Assembly (NCBI RefSeq): GCF_006345805.1 | Contig: NC_043010.1 | Location: forward strand, 64,790,001-64,854,000 | Direction of reading: 5' to 3' | Origin: Octopus sinensis | Taxonomy: Eukaryota | Length of the DNA: 64,000 nt | Shown here: piece by piece, positions 1 to 14,789 of the stretch | Layout: each line of letters opens with the position of its first letter | How positions within the stretch are numbered: position 1 is the stretch's first letter | Made by a program: the position numbers and the translations under genes | The notes under the pieces: generated by a model | Database searches by the model: none | Seen by the model: the letters and a program-made list of their open reading frames with translations, nothing else | Told to the model about the DNA's origin: nothing

Positions 1-294
1 CTCAAGAATGGACAAACAACAAGAATAATTAACTATATATATATTTATGTATAGATCTACTTATATATATATATATATTTATGTGTATATATAATAAATC
101 TCTAAACAAGGTATAAACAGTAGCTACACGACAATGTTAAGAATATTTGCCCCTTAAATGTGGCTAACCACTAAGTGTGAATGTTACTGTAGCTTGTAGC
201 CCCAGGAGAACATCTTCTCCAGCTAGCTATTCCGTGCCCTATCAGTATTTGAAAAGGGAAGCCATCCTTCCTATCGTCGACCTGACGTGATACG

Positions 295-335
295 CACGGG
301 CCCGGGTTTCTGGGTATTTACCCGTCGTCAGCGCG
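295..335 (-). ncRNA. Degenerate hammerhead motif (family of 27339)
   Basis: cgcg-CTGACGA-c-gggt aaat accc-a-GAAAC-ccgg-GCC-cgtg; cleavage triplet mutated. Confidence 0.55.
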
Positions 336-1619
336 CGACAATCACCGGTCTTCCATGGAAAGGGGTCCCAATGCAAATACATATATCCTTCTTCCAGTGA
401 CGAAAGTCACTGATCTCGAAAAAGTGTAAGACTACATATAGTCTTTTCACCCTCTGAGAATTAGTGTCCCTTTTACGTTTGAGTTTACTATTTTAAGAAA
501 GGGAGAAAACATTGCAAAATATATAGTATTTCATGTTTCGGGGCTAAAAGCTCACTCTCTCTCCCTCCCATGCCTACAATCGTCGGCAGACTTGTACCTC
601 TCTACCATAGTCTGAAGATTCTTGATTTTCCTTGTGCAAGATACAGCATTAGATTCCCGTTACCTACTGCGATTTATTTACAGTTTAATCTTTTGGTCTC
701 CTACTCTCCTAATTTTATCCTTGAGCCAGAAGGCTTATTTAATCTCTAAACAGTGGAAGAAGTTCACGTGATATAAGGACATGTCCACACTGCGGTAGGC
801 ATTCTTGACCCATGTCTTAGAGCAGACTCTACTCCGAATCCTGGGTGTCTTAGCCTCAATAATCGCTTCTGCTAATTTCATCCCTCACTCGTATTACCAT
901 CTCAGCCCAGAGATACGATTTGTGGTGACTAAAAAGTAACTTTATACTCCCTAAAGTTGGAAGCTCATGATGAGATGCAGGTTAATGTCTAGCTTAGGAC
1001 ATGATATTAAGAGAGACCAGCAAAAACATGCTGCCGTTTTCGTATTTTCCTTACTTCGAATTCGTTTCAGCCACTCTCCTTCACTTTCTCTTAATTCTCG
1101 CTCTATTTCTTTCTTTCTGTCTGTCTTTCTGTCTGTCTTTCTGTATTTCTTTCTTTCCTTCTTTCTTTGTTTGTTTGTTTCCTCCTTGCTTTCTTTCTCT
1201 CTTCCTTTCTCTTTCACGGCTAGATATATTTTTTCTTTTTTTTTAACGTATCAGAAAGTCTTAGGAACCAAGCGAAATCTGCAGTGAAATATGTCTATAA
1301 CTAGCGAATACCATAACACCATTTCCATTGACAATACTATATAGCCCTTTATATATTTTCGGATCTGCTATAATCGGATCCCTTATTTAGTAAGATCTTA
1401 TTGAGTAAGTTTACCTATGTGCAAAGTTTAGGATCAGATTCCTATTCTAAAGTTAACAGAAAATCTTTAGTGCTGCTTTCGACTATACCTTCCTTTGCTT
1501 AATGCCACTAATATCCAGCGGTTACAGATAGAAAAATGTTCTGTATAGGAGAATATCTTAATTTTACTTTAGGATTTACATAAATAGGTGGGACGGCATC
1601 CATGAATCTTCAAGCCTCC

Positions 1620-3480
1620 CCATACAGGTGAAATTAGTTGAGATGATTGATAGTTTGAAAATTTATAGAATGGTGATCCTGATAGTCACCGGATAGTTAT
1701 TGTTCTGAGAGGGAAGAACGGGAGGAAGGGAATTTAGTGAATGTTTAAGGGGGTTGAGAGATGGTTAGGATATGGTGAATGGATGTAGTTATAGAAGTAT
1801 TATTCAGAAAACTACAGAGGAACGGTAGAAGACATATTAAGCAATAATAAAAAAGAAAAATGTAGAAGAAACGTGTCTATAAGACATTGATTGGTGTGTG
1901 TTCGTGAGTAAATTATTGTCCGTCAGTTGAATAGACTTCTTTTCATCGAGAATATTCGTGGCAACAGCGTTGTCCCATGGATGTGAGCAGGAAACTGTTT
2001 GGGGACTTAGTTGTGTATTATAGACAGCGCTGATCATGACTCAGGCATTTGCTGTCTCTGAGGATGATTTCTATATTATGGGAAGCATTTGAGACATACA
2101 TTTCTGAGGTTTCATCTGAGATGCTAAGCCATAGTATTTGTAGCAATTTAAATAGTTTTAAATTCCTGTTATTTCTGATGAGAAAGTATTAAGTACATCA
2201 CTATATTCTTGGTTTGTGTAGTGATTCAGTTTCTGTGTTTGTAAAAGAGACAAAGACATCATGTACACTCTGACGGATTCTCTCAAGGTTTCTTGTAATG
2301 GATTCAGTGTATTCCTGACATGAGTTGATTAAATAATCTGTTGACGCCAGCTGTTGATGACGAGGAAAAAATGTTGCATCATCTACATAGCTGTGCATGT
2401 TTTCAGAGGTGACAGGAAACAGTTCAATAATGTAGTGTGAAGGACTGTACTTAATGATGGATAAATCCAAAGCTGAGAGGGTGTGAATCAGGGACAGTTT
2501 CATCGGTACAGTTACCAATAGTATAGTTGAAGAGGAAACTTCAAATCGAAGAAATGACAAAAGTGCAAACCGTAGGTGGATAATGTAATAAGCAATGTAA
2601 ATGTAGGTGAGCACGTTAGGAAGGTTTCCTTGATATGGAGAGCTCTAACACTTCTTTTACTGATGGTTTCAAGAGCAAAGGACCCAAATTAATTATTTAA
2701 GGTATCACGTACCCGGTAAATATGACATTACGAAAGCCATATCCCTCCTCATTGAAAGTTAATTGTAAGATGAGCATCCATTTGTTTCCAGAAATAGTGT
2801 ATGCACTGTTACAATACTCAGTATACCAGTCTCTTTTTAAGGAGAAGTATACTTCCCTGAATATTTTACTGGTAGTTCTATCACGTCAAGGGACCACGTA
2901 GGGACACCACCCATTTTGGCTCACGTTCAGTTTGGTGTTTGGAGCACAGATGTGATGATGATTAGAGGACAGGAGACATTGATCAATATATTCTAGCGGT
3001 AAACATTCATTAAAGTAGAGCCTATAGCGCGTTTATTGTGACAATGCAAGTATAAAATGGCTGTTTTAGATAGTGCAGAGTTCTGATTTACTTTGGTCAT
3101 CTTTAATTTCGGCATAACAAAGATTCTAGACAGTCTGCCTTTGCCGGGATGTTAAGAACAATATATATTTGAAACTAAGAGTAAATTGTATATTTGTAAA
3201 CTGAACAGAAAGACTGAGAAACAACAATTGAGACCGAAATGTTAAAATAGCGAAAGACACAGAAGAGAAGAAAGATATTACAGGGAAAGCAATCTGTGCC
3301 ATAAACAGTTGTAAGATTTCTAATATATTTCCGCATAAAAATTAATATCTCGGTGGTAATAGTAGAAAGTAATCGAGTTAATGAGACAGATTAAGTCCCA
3401 TGGATTTTCCAAACAGAATATTAAATAATGATCATACCACATCATATAAGATTGATAATGTTAATATTCAAAAGGTTATT
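1620..3480 (-). mobile_element. Heavily decayed CR1/Jockey-group LINE
   Basis: MHSYVDD (YADD-like) and VYNTQLSP..CSHPW post-RT motif; limits approximate. Confidence 0.55.
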
Positions 3481-3583
3481 GCGGATATGGATATTTCTAG
3501 AAACTGATATAAGAAAGATTTGCAATGAAATCTAATAATCCCTCAGTAATATTATTGAGCAGGAGATTAAAAGTTTATCTAAC

Positions 3584-3730
3584 CTTTACACTTCTGGTAA
3601 CGAAGGGGCACGTAATATCCTATGATGCAACCTTCCTCACAGCGTCCCGTGACTTCATCACATTTAGCGCCTTCACAGAGTTCACAACTGTGTTCCTTAC
3701 ACATATCTCCATAGAATCCAGGAACACATT
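3584..3730 (-). CDS. Host gene exon H, EGF-like repeat
   Basis: tttgttattgcag|AA acceptor, G|gttaga donor, 147 bp, phase 1-1; CVPGFYGDMCKEHSCELCEGAKCDEVTGRCEEGCIIGYYVPLRYQKCK. Not in the ORF track. Confidence 0.85.
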
Positions 3731-4028
3731 CTGCAATAACAAAAATGATTCAAAAAGAAAATATCACGGTTGCTGTATGTATTTCACGAGCGTTAGCACA
3801 TAAATATTCAGTTGTAATGATATTTTATAGAATGAATATGGTTTAAATTTTATTATTAGTGGCATATCATCCGTCTTTACGCTCTGGGTTCAATTTCCGG
3901 TGGAGTCGATTTCTACATTTCAACATGGTTGATAGATAAGTACCACAGTCAAGCACTTGGGTCGGATGTAATCGACTTGACTCCTCCCACAAAAATTTTT
4001 AGGGCTTGGAGAAGAAATAAGGATTAAT

Positions 4029-4796
4029 CTTTTAGTGACCTCAAAAATGGACATAACCGTGCACAGGTCGAATGTTTGAAAACACATAATCTTATCGAAT
4101 CGTGTAAAATGAAATAAGATGAGAGAATGGAAGTTGGCGAGAGTGTAATGGTATATAAAATTATATATCTTTAGTTTATAAAGTACACCATTGAAATATT
4201 TGTTATATCAATCTTAATTAGCTTTATCAACACTCCAGTCAACACCAATGGGAAGTTTTATGGTCAAAAGAATGACTTTGTTCATTGGATACAGAGTCCT
4301 TGACTGTAGGTAAGCAGTATGCCAGTATATTTGACAAGTGTTTGCTTAGCCTGTAATAGTGAATTGAAATTGTATCACTAAAGCGTTACTTTTAGGAAAA
4401 CTGTGGCGGGGGAGGGAACAGAGGTGGGGAAGCAGAATGATTTCAAACCGAACCAACTTTTAGTGACCTCAAAAATGGACATAACCGTGCACAGGTCGAA
4501 TGTTTGAAAACACATAATCTTATCGAATCGTGTAAAATGAAATAAGATGAGAGAATGGAAGTTGGCGAGAGTCCAGTCAACACCAATGGGAATTTTATGG
4601 TCAAAAGAATGACTTTGTTCATTGGATACAGAGTCCTTGACTGTAGGTAAGCAGTATGCCAGTATATTTGACAAGTGTTTGCTTAGCCTGTAATAGTGAA
4701 TTGAAATTGTATCACTAAAGCGTTACTATTTAGGAAAACTGTGGCGGGGGAGGGACAAAGAGGTGGGGAAGCAGAATGATTTCAAAACCGAACCAA
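4029..4796. repeat. Near-perfect tandem duplication of about 340 bp; first copy has 90 extra bp (4145-4234)
   Basis: 4029-4456 versus 4457-4796 by direct comparison. Confidence 0.92.
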
Positions 4797-5010
4797 CCGT
4801 CTAATGGTAATTAGTATGTTCATTTATGTTCGGAGTTCAAACCCCGCTCAATACATTTTACCTTTTTAAACATTCAGGATCGATAACATAGTTATCAGTT
4901 CAGTATGGAAGTCAAGATAAACGGTTGTACTTTATCTCAAAATCGATAGCTCTGTAACATTCTCAAAAATCAATATTTACCAAGTGAAATAATAAATAAA
5001 CATAACTTAC

Positions 5011-5193
5011 GTAATACTTCCACTTCACAAAGAGTAAGCATTCTCCAACCTCCATCTAACGATATCCTGACTGAATTTGCAGTGAGTGGATTTCTACATT
5101 TAATATAAATGACACTGTTATTGTATCCAATATAGTAACTTTGGAAACAAAGTGATGATCCCACAAAAACTTTAAATCCTCTCAGCCTCTCAC
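5011..5193 (-). CDS. Host gene exon G, C-terminal half of FTP domain
   Basis: ttttggttctag|GT acceptor, C|gtaagt donor, 183 bp, phase 1-1; ERLRGFKVFVG...MLTLCEVEVL is the typical FTP C-terminus; in frame with exon F. Confidence 0.9.
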
Positions 5194-5329
5194 CTAGAAC
5201 CAAAATATAAGAGTAAAATTGGAATCAGATGTTATTTATATTGAGAATAATTTGAAAAGAAAGATCATCAAGCGAAGAGTTTACCATTTTAATAATTTGT
5301 CTAATTAAATAATCAGTAACACAATATGT

Positions 5330-5622
5330 ACTGGTACTCCGCCGGTTACGGCTAAGAGGGTTCCAGTTGATTTGATCAACGGAAGAGCCTGCTCGTGAAA
5401 TTACCGTTCTAGTGGCTGAGTACTCCACAAACATCTGTACACTTAACGTAGTTATTAGGGAGATTCAGCGTGATGCAGGGTGTAACGTTGCTGGCCCTTT
5501 GAAATACAGATGCAACTCATTCTTTCAGCTGAGAGGACTTGGGCAATGTGAAATAAAGGCCGGGAATTGAACTCACGACCTTACGATCGTTAGCCGATTA
5601 CCCTAACCACTAAGCCACACGC
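5330..5622 (-). mobile_element. tRNA-derived SINE, third family
   Basis: Minus head gtggcttagtggttagg...gagttcaattcccggcc (A and B boxes). Confidence 0.7.
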
Positions 5623-5686
5623 TTTTACATCGATAACACAATGAGTTGAAAAAATCAAAGCTGTATATACATATATGTACATAAGT

Positions 5687-5719
<33 letters not shown>

Positions 5720-5725
5720 TAGATA

Positions 5726-6163
5726 ACTTTCTTTTATTAGCCACACAGGGCTGAATACAGAGGGGACAAATACAAATGCAGAGCTTTTCTTTTCGAGGGT
5801 GGAAAAAAATAAAAAATGTAAGATTGCGATCAAAAGGGATCGAGAGGAGGAAAAAAAAAGAAAAAAAAAAGAAAATCGTGTATCACAGAAATAATGGTGT
5901 AAACATTGATATAACAAGATTGGGTTCATCCGTGGGAAGAAAAGCCTACAGAAAAGACCACGGGAACCCCAGTCAGGGAGGAAATAAACACATGAGGTCA
6001 AAAATGCTCTCTTTCTTCTTTTTACGATCTACAGGATCATGCTCAAAATGGTTTCGTTACTAGCACGCACCATCTTTGCAACATTCACCCATCTTTTTTG
6101 AATCTTTCGCGAGACAAAACTTCCCTCTCCATTCTCACCTTCCTTTTCAAGTGGTACTTGAAA

Positions 6164-6166
<3 letters not shown>
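5726..6166 (-). mobile_element. 5'-truncated Tx1-family 3' fragment between GATA/GACA microsatellites
   Basis: Minus translation FFKYHLKRKVRMEREVLSRERFKK/RWVNVAKMVR resembles the ORF2 end of the 35.6-40.9 kb element (LSQSVFRKRWKSIASMLR); 3'UTR has ttgtcccctct and AATAAA. Confidence 0.8.
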
Positions 6167-6230
<64 letters not shown>

Positions 6231-6452
6231 TGTTTAATTGAAAACAAGGAAATTATCTTTAACAAGGTGGTGTATATTTCTGTGTCCGTATCTGGTTGTT
6301 TGCCTCGTATGAATGTGCGTGAATGAATACACAGGAACATCCACTCCTCTCTACGTGGTACAGCAAACCGACATTTCAGACTGTTTTATGTTGTTTAATT
6401 TAATTCCAACTAGCTTTGAGATGAAAATTTTACAGTGGAGATATTCTAGATA

Positions 6453-7140
6453 TACGAGGGTGGGCTGAAAGATTCATAGGACGACTATGAAGGAGTGATG
6501 CTAGAGCTGTGTAATCTTGCATGCATTAATTCTCAACTCTACTTCTTAATATCTGAATTGTTTCCTTCCAGGTAAACTGAAATCTGACTGTTCAAAGAAG
6601 ACTTCAAATATTACTAATAGCGACTTCTCTTGAAAATAAACTAAATTTGACACTGTGCTGTTATCAAATACCTTGAGAGAGAGAAATGAAAATACTTTGT
6701 ACAATAAACATGATGAACTTGTCATGACCAATGTTTCTGCGTCGTGGGTGCCACTTCTATGAAAAGCGCACCAGTCGTATAACATCAAAGAAAATCTGAC
6801 ATTGTTTATGGCAGGTTTAGCTAGTTTCCTTAAATATTTCCTAAGCTAAGATGAGTTTTGGGTTTATCACTTTGAGACAGAGTCAAAAAGACAATAGATG
6901 GAGGAGAAACACCCTACCTCCTCTGCTTCAAAGGTGGCTTAGTTCGTTACACATGCAGCAAGGTGATGGTTTCAGGTTTTCAGGATGCAAAGGTATTGTA
7001 TTTATTGACTATTTTTGAAGGGGCTGACCCATCAATGGCGGGTACTATGCCAAGTTGCTGAGGCAGTTACGAAAATGTATGAAGACTAAGCGCTCAAGAA
7101 ATCTGACGAAAGTTATTTTGTTTAATCAGGACAATCGTCT
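6453..7140 (+). mobile_element. Mariner remnant
   Basis: TA-CGAGGG terminus; decayed transposase FWVYHFETESKRQ, KVMVS, YYAKLLRQLR, QDN. Confidence 0.75.
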
Positions 7141-7469
7141 GTATGTACGTGTTTGTGTGTGTGTGTGTGTGTATGTGTGTGTGTGTGTGTGTGTGAGAGT
7201 GTGAGTGTGAGGGAGAGTGCTGTCTAAGCGACACACTCTCTCTCTCTCGGTCTCTCTCACACACACACACGCATACATAGATACAAGAAAGATGTACGCC
7301 TATTATTTATATATGTACGTATATATGACAATACACCCCTCACTCTCACTCTCTCTCTCTCACTCTCACTAACACACATACTCTATTTCCTCTGTTGTTT
7401 GTTACTGTATGTATATATATATGTGTGTGTGTGTGCTTGTGTGTGCGGGCTGGGTTCTACAATCGTCAG

Positions 7470-8080
7470 AAAATAGGAGAGGAATTTTCTTTCTTGGTGC
7501 TCTTTGTGACACATAAAAACATTTGTAACATTACTTCTCCCCAAATTAAGGCAAAACAAACAAAAATTGCTGTTGATGAACCATTGTCTGGCTTTGCTGC
7601 CACCATTCTCACAGGTGGACGAACAGCTCATTCGGCTTTTAAATTACCACTAAACCTCGTGACAGCTGACAGTCTAATTTGTAACACAAGCAAAGATTCA
7701 GGTTCTGCAGAAGTGCTGTGCCCATGCCACCATATCATTTAGAGACAGGGTTGATTGTGAAGACATTATCACCTAATGTGACAGAAGCTGCCATCATCAC
7801 AGGATGTGCCTCTGAAGAAGAGGTTTTCGTTCCAAGAATTTCAATCAAACCAACAGATATGCCCTTTGAGTTCGAACGAACACAATTCCCACTGCGACTT
7901 CTCTTTGCAATGTCTGTTAATAAAGCTCAAGGTTAATATTTGAAATCTACTGGCTTGATTTTCTTATAGTCAAATTCTTATGGTGAAATTTGCTCCAGTG
8001 TAGGTAGTTTGCAAGACTTATTTGTCTATTCTCCAAACCAGAAAACAAAAAATGTTGTTTACCTAGAAGCTCTTACATAA
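7470..8080 (+). mobile_element. Helitron PIF1-helicase remnant with internal deletion
   Basis: GGRTAHSAFKLPLNL joined to PRI...RTQFPLRLLFAMSVNKAQG. Confidence 0.85.
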
Positions 8081-8189
8081 TTTCCTTCAACTAATGTGGT
8101 AGACTTTATCTTCTTGCATAAAAGTGACAAATTTTGTACTTTCGTTTATTATTATGAACGGATATCTCTGGTGACAACAATACGATAAA

Positions 8190-8560
8190 TCGTATTTCTT
8201 TCTTGATAGATACTGAGGGTTGTTGGAGGATATGCAGTTTTTCACAGAGGCAGAGCTGGCAGATGGGGACGTCGGGTGAATATGGTGGGGCTAGTCACCT
8301 TAATGCTGGGTATTTCATCTCGGAGATCACGGAGTCTCCAAAGAAAAAGAGATAGAGATGTAGAGTTCCCACTCACCCTGGATCTGAACGACTGCATATA
8401 CGAGGAGTATGTTCCCTTGGAGTCAGTAGCTGTCATACCCGTATAGTGCCTAGTAAGGCCATCGGATGGAGTAAGAGTGGCTCTGTATACTACGGCCCTT
8501 GAGACAGAAGAACCTTCTGGAGGGCACGTGGTAGGGTTTCGGAAGTAGCAGGTTGGGGTT
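8190..8560 (-). mobile_element. Penelope-like GIY-YIG fragment
   Basis: VVYRATL...HYTGMT...SYMQSF...NSTSLSLFLWRLRD. Confidence 0.65.
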
Positions 8561-9155
8561 GGGGGAGGTGAGGGTGCATTTTTACGTCTGATGATGCGTG
8601 CGGTTAGATGTGAGTGTACGTATGCATGTATATGTGCACACGTGTTCGTTTAAGCACGCGCGTGTATGTGTGTGTGCAAATGTGCGCGTGTGTGCCTATG
8701 TACAAATGTGCTCTCACGCATCAATATACACATGTACACAAAACTATATGAACGCTTCTACACACCAACTTATAGAACTATATACTTGCACATGCCGCCA
8801 CTTCTTACTAACCGCCAACAACCTGACTGACTTCTAGTCTATTTCTTGACCTCCACGTGGTCAATTTCCTGTTCACCTTGCGGTATTTTCTAGCTAACTG
8901 TTTTCCATATACCAACAATAAAACACGACACCGCGTAACCTTTCTCGACCAATCGCAGTCCACCCTACAATCAACTTTTGTCATTCAAATCCAAAATGGC
9001 TGACGACTAACATCGTGCTTGAAACTCAAGAGTACCGAGGAATTTGAATCAAACTATTTTGATCCGTACATTTTGATCCGTACATCAATAAATTGATTGA
9101 ATGCCTTTTATTCGCCTGTCCACTCACTCGTATATATATATATATATATATATAT

Positions 9156-9245
<90 letters not shown>

Positions 9246-9515
9246 TGTGTGTGTGTGTACATATATATCCCGCTTTATTAATCGAAATATTTTCGGCAAT
9301 TGGTGAGCGCCTTAGTCGTCTCGGTTTGGTGGGTACGTCAAAGGTTTCTTATTTTGACCGCAATTAAAGAAATAATTGTGTGGCTATATTGAAGAACGTT
9401 GTCAAAAACATTCCTCTTTTCATTGAATTCTATTGCTACTATCCCTAGAATTTTCCAGAAATTTTAGATTTCAATCAAATCAATGTTAATATGCCTAACT
9501 ACCAGCCTCAGTACC

Positions 9516-9746
9516 TATTTCTTTATTGTTCACAAGGAGCTAAATATAGAGGGGACAAACAAGGACAGACAAACGGATTAAGTCGATTATATCGATCCCA
9601 GTGCGTAACTGGTACTTATTTAATCGACCCCGAAAGGATGAAAGGCAAAGTCGACCTCGGCGGAATTTGAACTCAGAACGTAACGGCAGACGAAATACCG
9701 CAAAGCATTTCGCCCGGCGTGCTAACGATTCAGCCAGCTCACCACC
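9516..9746 (-). mobile_element. tRNA-derived SINE with Tx1-like 3' tail; partial copy 55128-55228
   Basis: B-box GAGTTCAAATTCC; body gcctttcatcctttcggggtcgat; tail tttgtcccctct...aataaagaaata. Confidence 0.85.
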
Positions 9747-9889
9747 TTAAGCCAATACCGTCTCATCTATTATTGTTGTTTTTGGTGGTCATGGTAGTAA
9801 TGGTGATAGCAGTATTACTTATCATTATTATCAGTATTACATCTGTCACCGTTACTATTATTACTATTACCATTATCATTATTGTTATT

Positions 9890-11080
<1,191 letters not shown>

Positions 11081-11139
11081 TATAGCTACGGTGATGATAA
11101 TAATAATGGCTTCAAAATTTGTGGTGCTATATATTGTAC

Positions 11140-12640
11140 ATTGATTTTCCAATACATATTTTGGATATTTTTGAAACAAATCGCCTTATTGATATTTCAC
11201 GGAGCTCCAGGTCCAACTACATTGACTGTTTTTCTTTGTGCTTTCTTTGAGCATTTGTTTCGACTCTTTTGTACCAAGAAGTCCCTCAACATTACACTCA
11301 GTATGTAACAGAGAATGAGTCAAAGCTTTTGACTGAACAACGGACAGCTTACAATTGCATCATTCCTCAGGGAGCAAAACGGTAGCCTGTTCTTTTTGGA
11401 TGCTCCGGAGGTTACTGGCAAGACGTTTTTGATAAACCTTTTGCTAGCAAATGTCAGTCTAGATGGGTGCATTGCATTGGAGGTAGCATCTTCATGAACA
11501 GCAGCCACTCTCTTGTCAGAGAGACGAACAGGTCATTCTACTTTCAAGATGCCCTTAAATTTACTTAGGATAGAGACTCCAATTTGCAACATTTCTAAGA
11601 CATCCGCAAAGGCCAAGGTGTCTTGCAGCAGACGTGCTTGATTGTCTGGGATGAATGCACCATATCTCACCGTGGGGCACTTGAGGCTGTTGACCGGAGC
11701 CTAAGAGATTTGAGAAGAAAGGACATTGTCATAGGTGGAGTCACTGTAGTTTTGGTTGGAGATTTCAGACAAACCCTCCCTGTGATCCCAAAAGGTACAA
11801 AAGCAGATGAACTACAGGCCTGTCTCTTAACTGTGGAGCCAGATGACTAAACTGCACCTGACAGTTAAGATGAGGGCCCAATTATTTGGTGATCAAACTG
11901 CCGGGTTGTTTTCACACCAGCTTCTGAAGATAGGGAATGGGCAACTACCATATGCCAGCCAAATGCAACAACACCGGCTACCCTGTGGTGAGATGGTACC
12001 AACTATCAATGATCCCATAATGCATGTGCTCCCAAGCATTGCAAACATTTTAGCAACAGTCAATGGATCTGTGAGCGAACCATCCACGTAATGATGTCGA
12101 CAAAATCAACTGGGATCTCTTCCGGCTGTTGCCAAGACAAGAGCAATCATTCAAATCCCTCGACACTGCATTGATCAAGAGCAGGCTGTAGTTTATCCAA
12201 CTGAGTTCTTGAACTCTCTACAGCCATCTGGAATGCCACTTCACCACTTAACAATTGAAAATGGGGCCCCAATCATGCTTCTCAGGAATATGGAGCTACT
12301 TAGTCTTTGCAATGGCACCACACTAGTAGTGAAAGCGATGCGACCCCATGTCCTAGAGTCACCAATTATGACAGAGAAGTATAAGGGTGAGAATGTCTTC
12401 ACTCCACGGATCCTGTTAATTCCATATGACCTCTCCTTTCAATTTAAAAGGTACCAGTTCCTAGTGAAACAAGTCTTGTGGACAATCTCTCATGGTTGTT
12501 GAATTTTATCTTGCTTCTCCTTGCTTCTCTAATGGGGAATTATATGGAGGATATTTGCTAGTTGGAAGTACCCAAAAGCTTTCCATTTATACTCCAATTA
12601 AAGGACACACCCAAAATATCGTATATTAGACGCTCTAGAT
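11140..12640 (+). mobile_element. Helitron PIF1-helicase remnant
   Basis: Broken frames with LDAPEVTGKT, LIVWDEC, GDFRQTLPVIPKG, MLLRN..LCNGT; no termini recognised. Confidence 0.85.
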
Positions 12641-13345
12641 AATTAAACTGTGATCGATTTCTAAATTTATTCAATACATTTGTTTATACTCAAATCATCT
12701 GATAGAATTCTGGCTAAATGTACTTATTAAGAGGATAGGAGCGCCCACAGACCGGTTCTCAAATTTATGCATTTTCAGGTCTAACGTGTTCAAATATGTA
12801 CTGACAATTGAAGGTGATTGCAAAGACAAAGAACAACCTGGTTTTAAAGAATTTTAACAGTGAGAACATCGGACGAAACATGCTATTTAGATATACAGTT
12901 GGTAGCTCAGCTAATAACTGTTGAGAATTGCATAATCCATGTCTCATTTTATTTTTAGTGTGAAAGATGTGTGACGAGTATTAACTGTTTCTTCTGACTC
13001 GAATAATCATTTCAACTTATAAATATTGAACACTTCTCTAGCGAATGTTGATTGAGATGAGACATAAAATAAGATAAATGCCAAAATAAGCGGAAGAAAC
13101 TAAGTTGTTGTGATTTTTATGGTTCGTACATAAAGTGTATTTTAAATTCATTCTATCATGTGTTGAAGCATATTCTGTTGTGTCTGCCTTAAGCAACGCA
13201 ACTTGGATAACGGACAGAGTCAACAACTATCGAAAGGGTTGCAAGACGCAACGTAAATGTTAGAGAAATAAATAAGTAAATGGGTGGAAATTTTACTGGT
13301 GATAAATTACAAGGCACTAAAAGAGAATGATTCTTCCCAGACATA

Positions 13346-13403
<58 letters not shown>

Positions 13404-13869
13404 CATCAGTGTCCTAACACGTAAAAATTATCGTATAGGTAACATTACTTATTTACGTATATAATTATAAAAATATAGTTATAAATAAGGTCTGCTGGAC
13501 ATGACCGGCGCCTATGCTAGAAGTAGATGTCAAATACCTACACTCCATTGTAAAACGTGTTCTCTATATTCAATCACAGGTACGATTATTTCTTCATCTA
13601 GATAGGCTGGAGGATAAAAAGCATACGCGGCAAATATGTGTGTGCATTGCTATCTGCGGGTGAACTTACGAGTGAGTTCGTATATTTTTCGCTTATATAT
13701 TAATGGTATATTCTACTGAACATCGCAGATCAATATATTGAGTGTGCCCCTGCGCATATGTATGTGCGTATGCATGTATATGTATATGAATGCGCACGCA
13801 TATGCGTGTATGAATACATTTGTGGATGCGTGATATCATGCACGTGCATGTACATGTGTATGTATATGC

Positions 13870-13936
<67 letters not shown>

Positions 13937-14789
13937 TGTGTGTGTATGTATGCATATGCGCACATGTATATATACGTATGTGCGCGCGTACGTATATCAT
14001 TGTACCCTTCCTCCTCTGATTCCTACTTATCACATACTTTTATTTATAGAAATCTGACATTCTTGTATTCTTCCCTCTATTTTAAATTTTACTACTAAAA
14101 TTACTACTCACTTTGGTATCAGCCCACCTATAACTTTTCTCTACCCATCCCTTAATAAAGACCCTACTCACATATCTCACACTTATTCATTCCTTACCTT
14201 CTCATCCCTTCCTATCCACCGCACTCCCTCTCCTCTCCCACCCCCTCACAATATCTTGACCACCACCTTACACTCCTTTTCTTACTACTTTCACCTTTTA
14301 TTCTCTTTCTTTTCGTTTCTACTTTCACACTTTTCACTTTTCTCTTCTCTCTTTTATTATAAATTTTTGTCCTTTTTCTTTTTCTCTCTTCCTCTTATTT
14401 TCTCTTCCTGTCTTCATTTTGACCTATCTCCTCATTCTTATCATACACATCTCTCCCATCCCCATCTATCCGCAAATACTACCACTACATTCCCAAATTT
14501 TCCTTCACACCGAAAAAAAAACATTCGAATGGGCAACACAGAATTCACGGCTCCATATTTAGAAATGACTAATCATAAACTACTGTTGGAACTTACATGC
14601 CATGTACAGGTAACATTTTTACTCCTTCTACACACCCCTTTACTCAAATAATGGAAGTGCAACTACAATGTTTTGTATTATATTTCTACTTTCATTCTCT
14701 TATTTTCCTCTATATTCCCTATCTCATCATTTTCAATAATAATTCCTTATTTCGAACTGTAACATTCACCTTTATTTAACCATTTCATT

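Noticed and set aside
5560-5622. tRNA gene
   Set aside because: A and B boxes only, continuing into a SINE body; no full cloverleaf.
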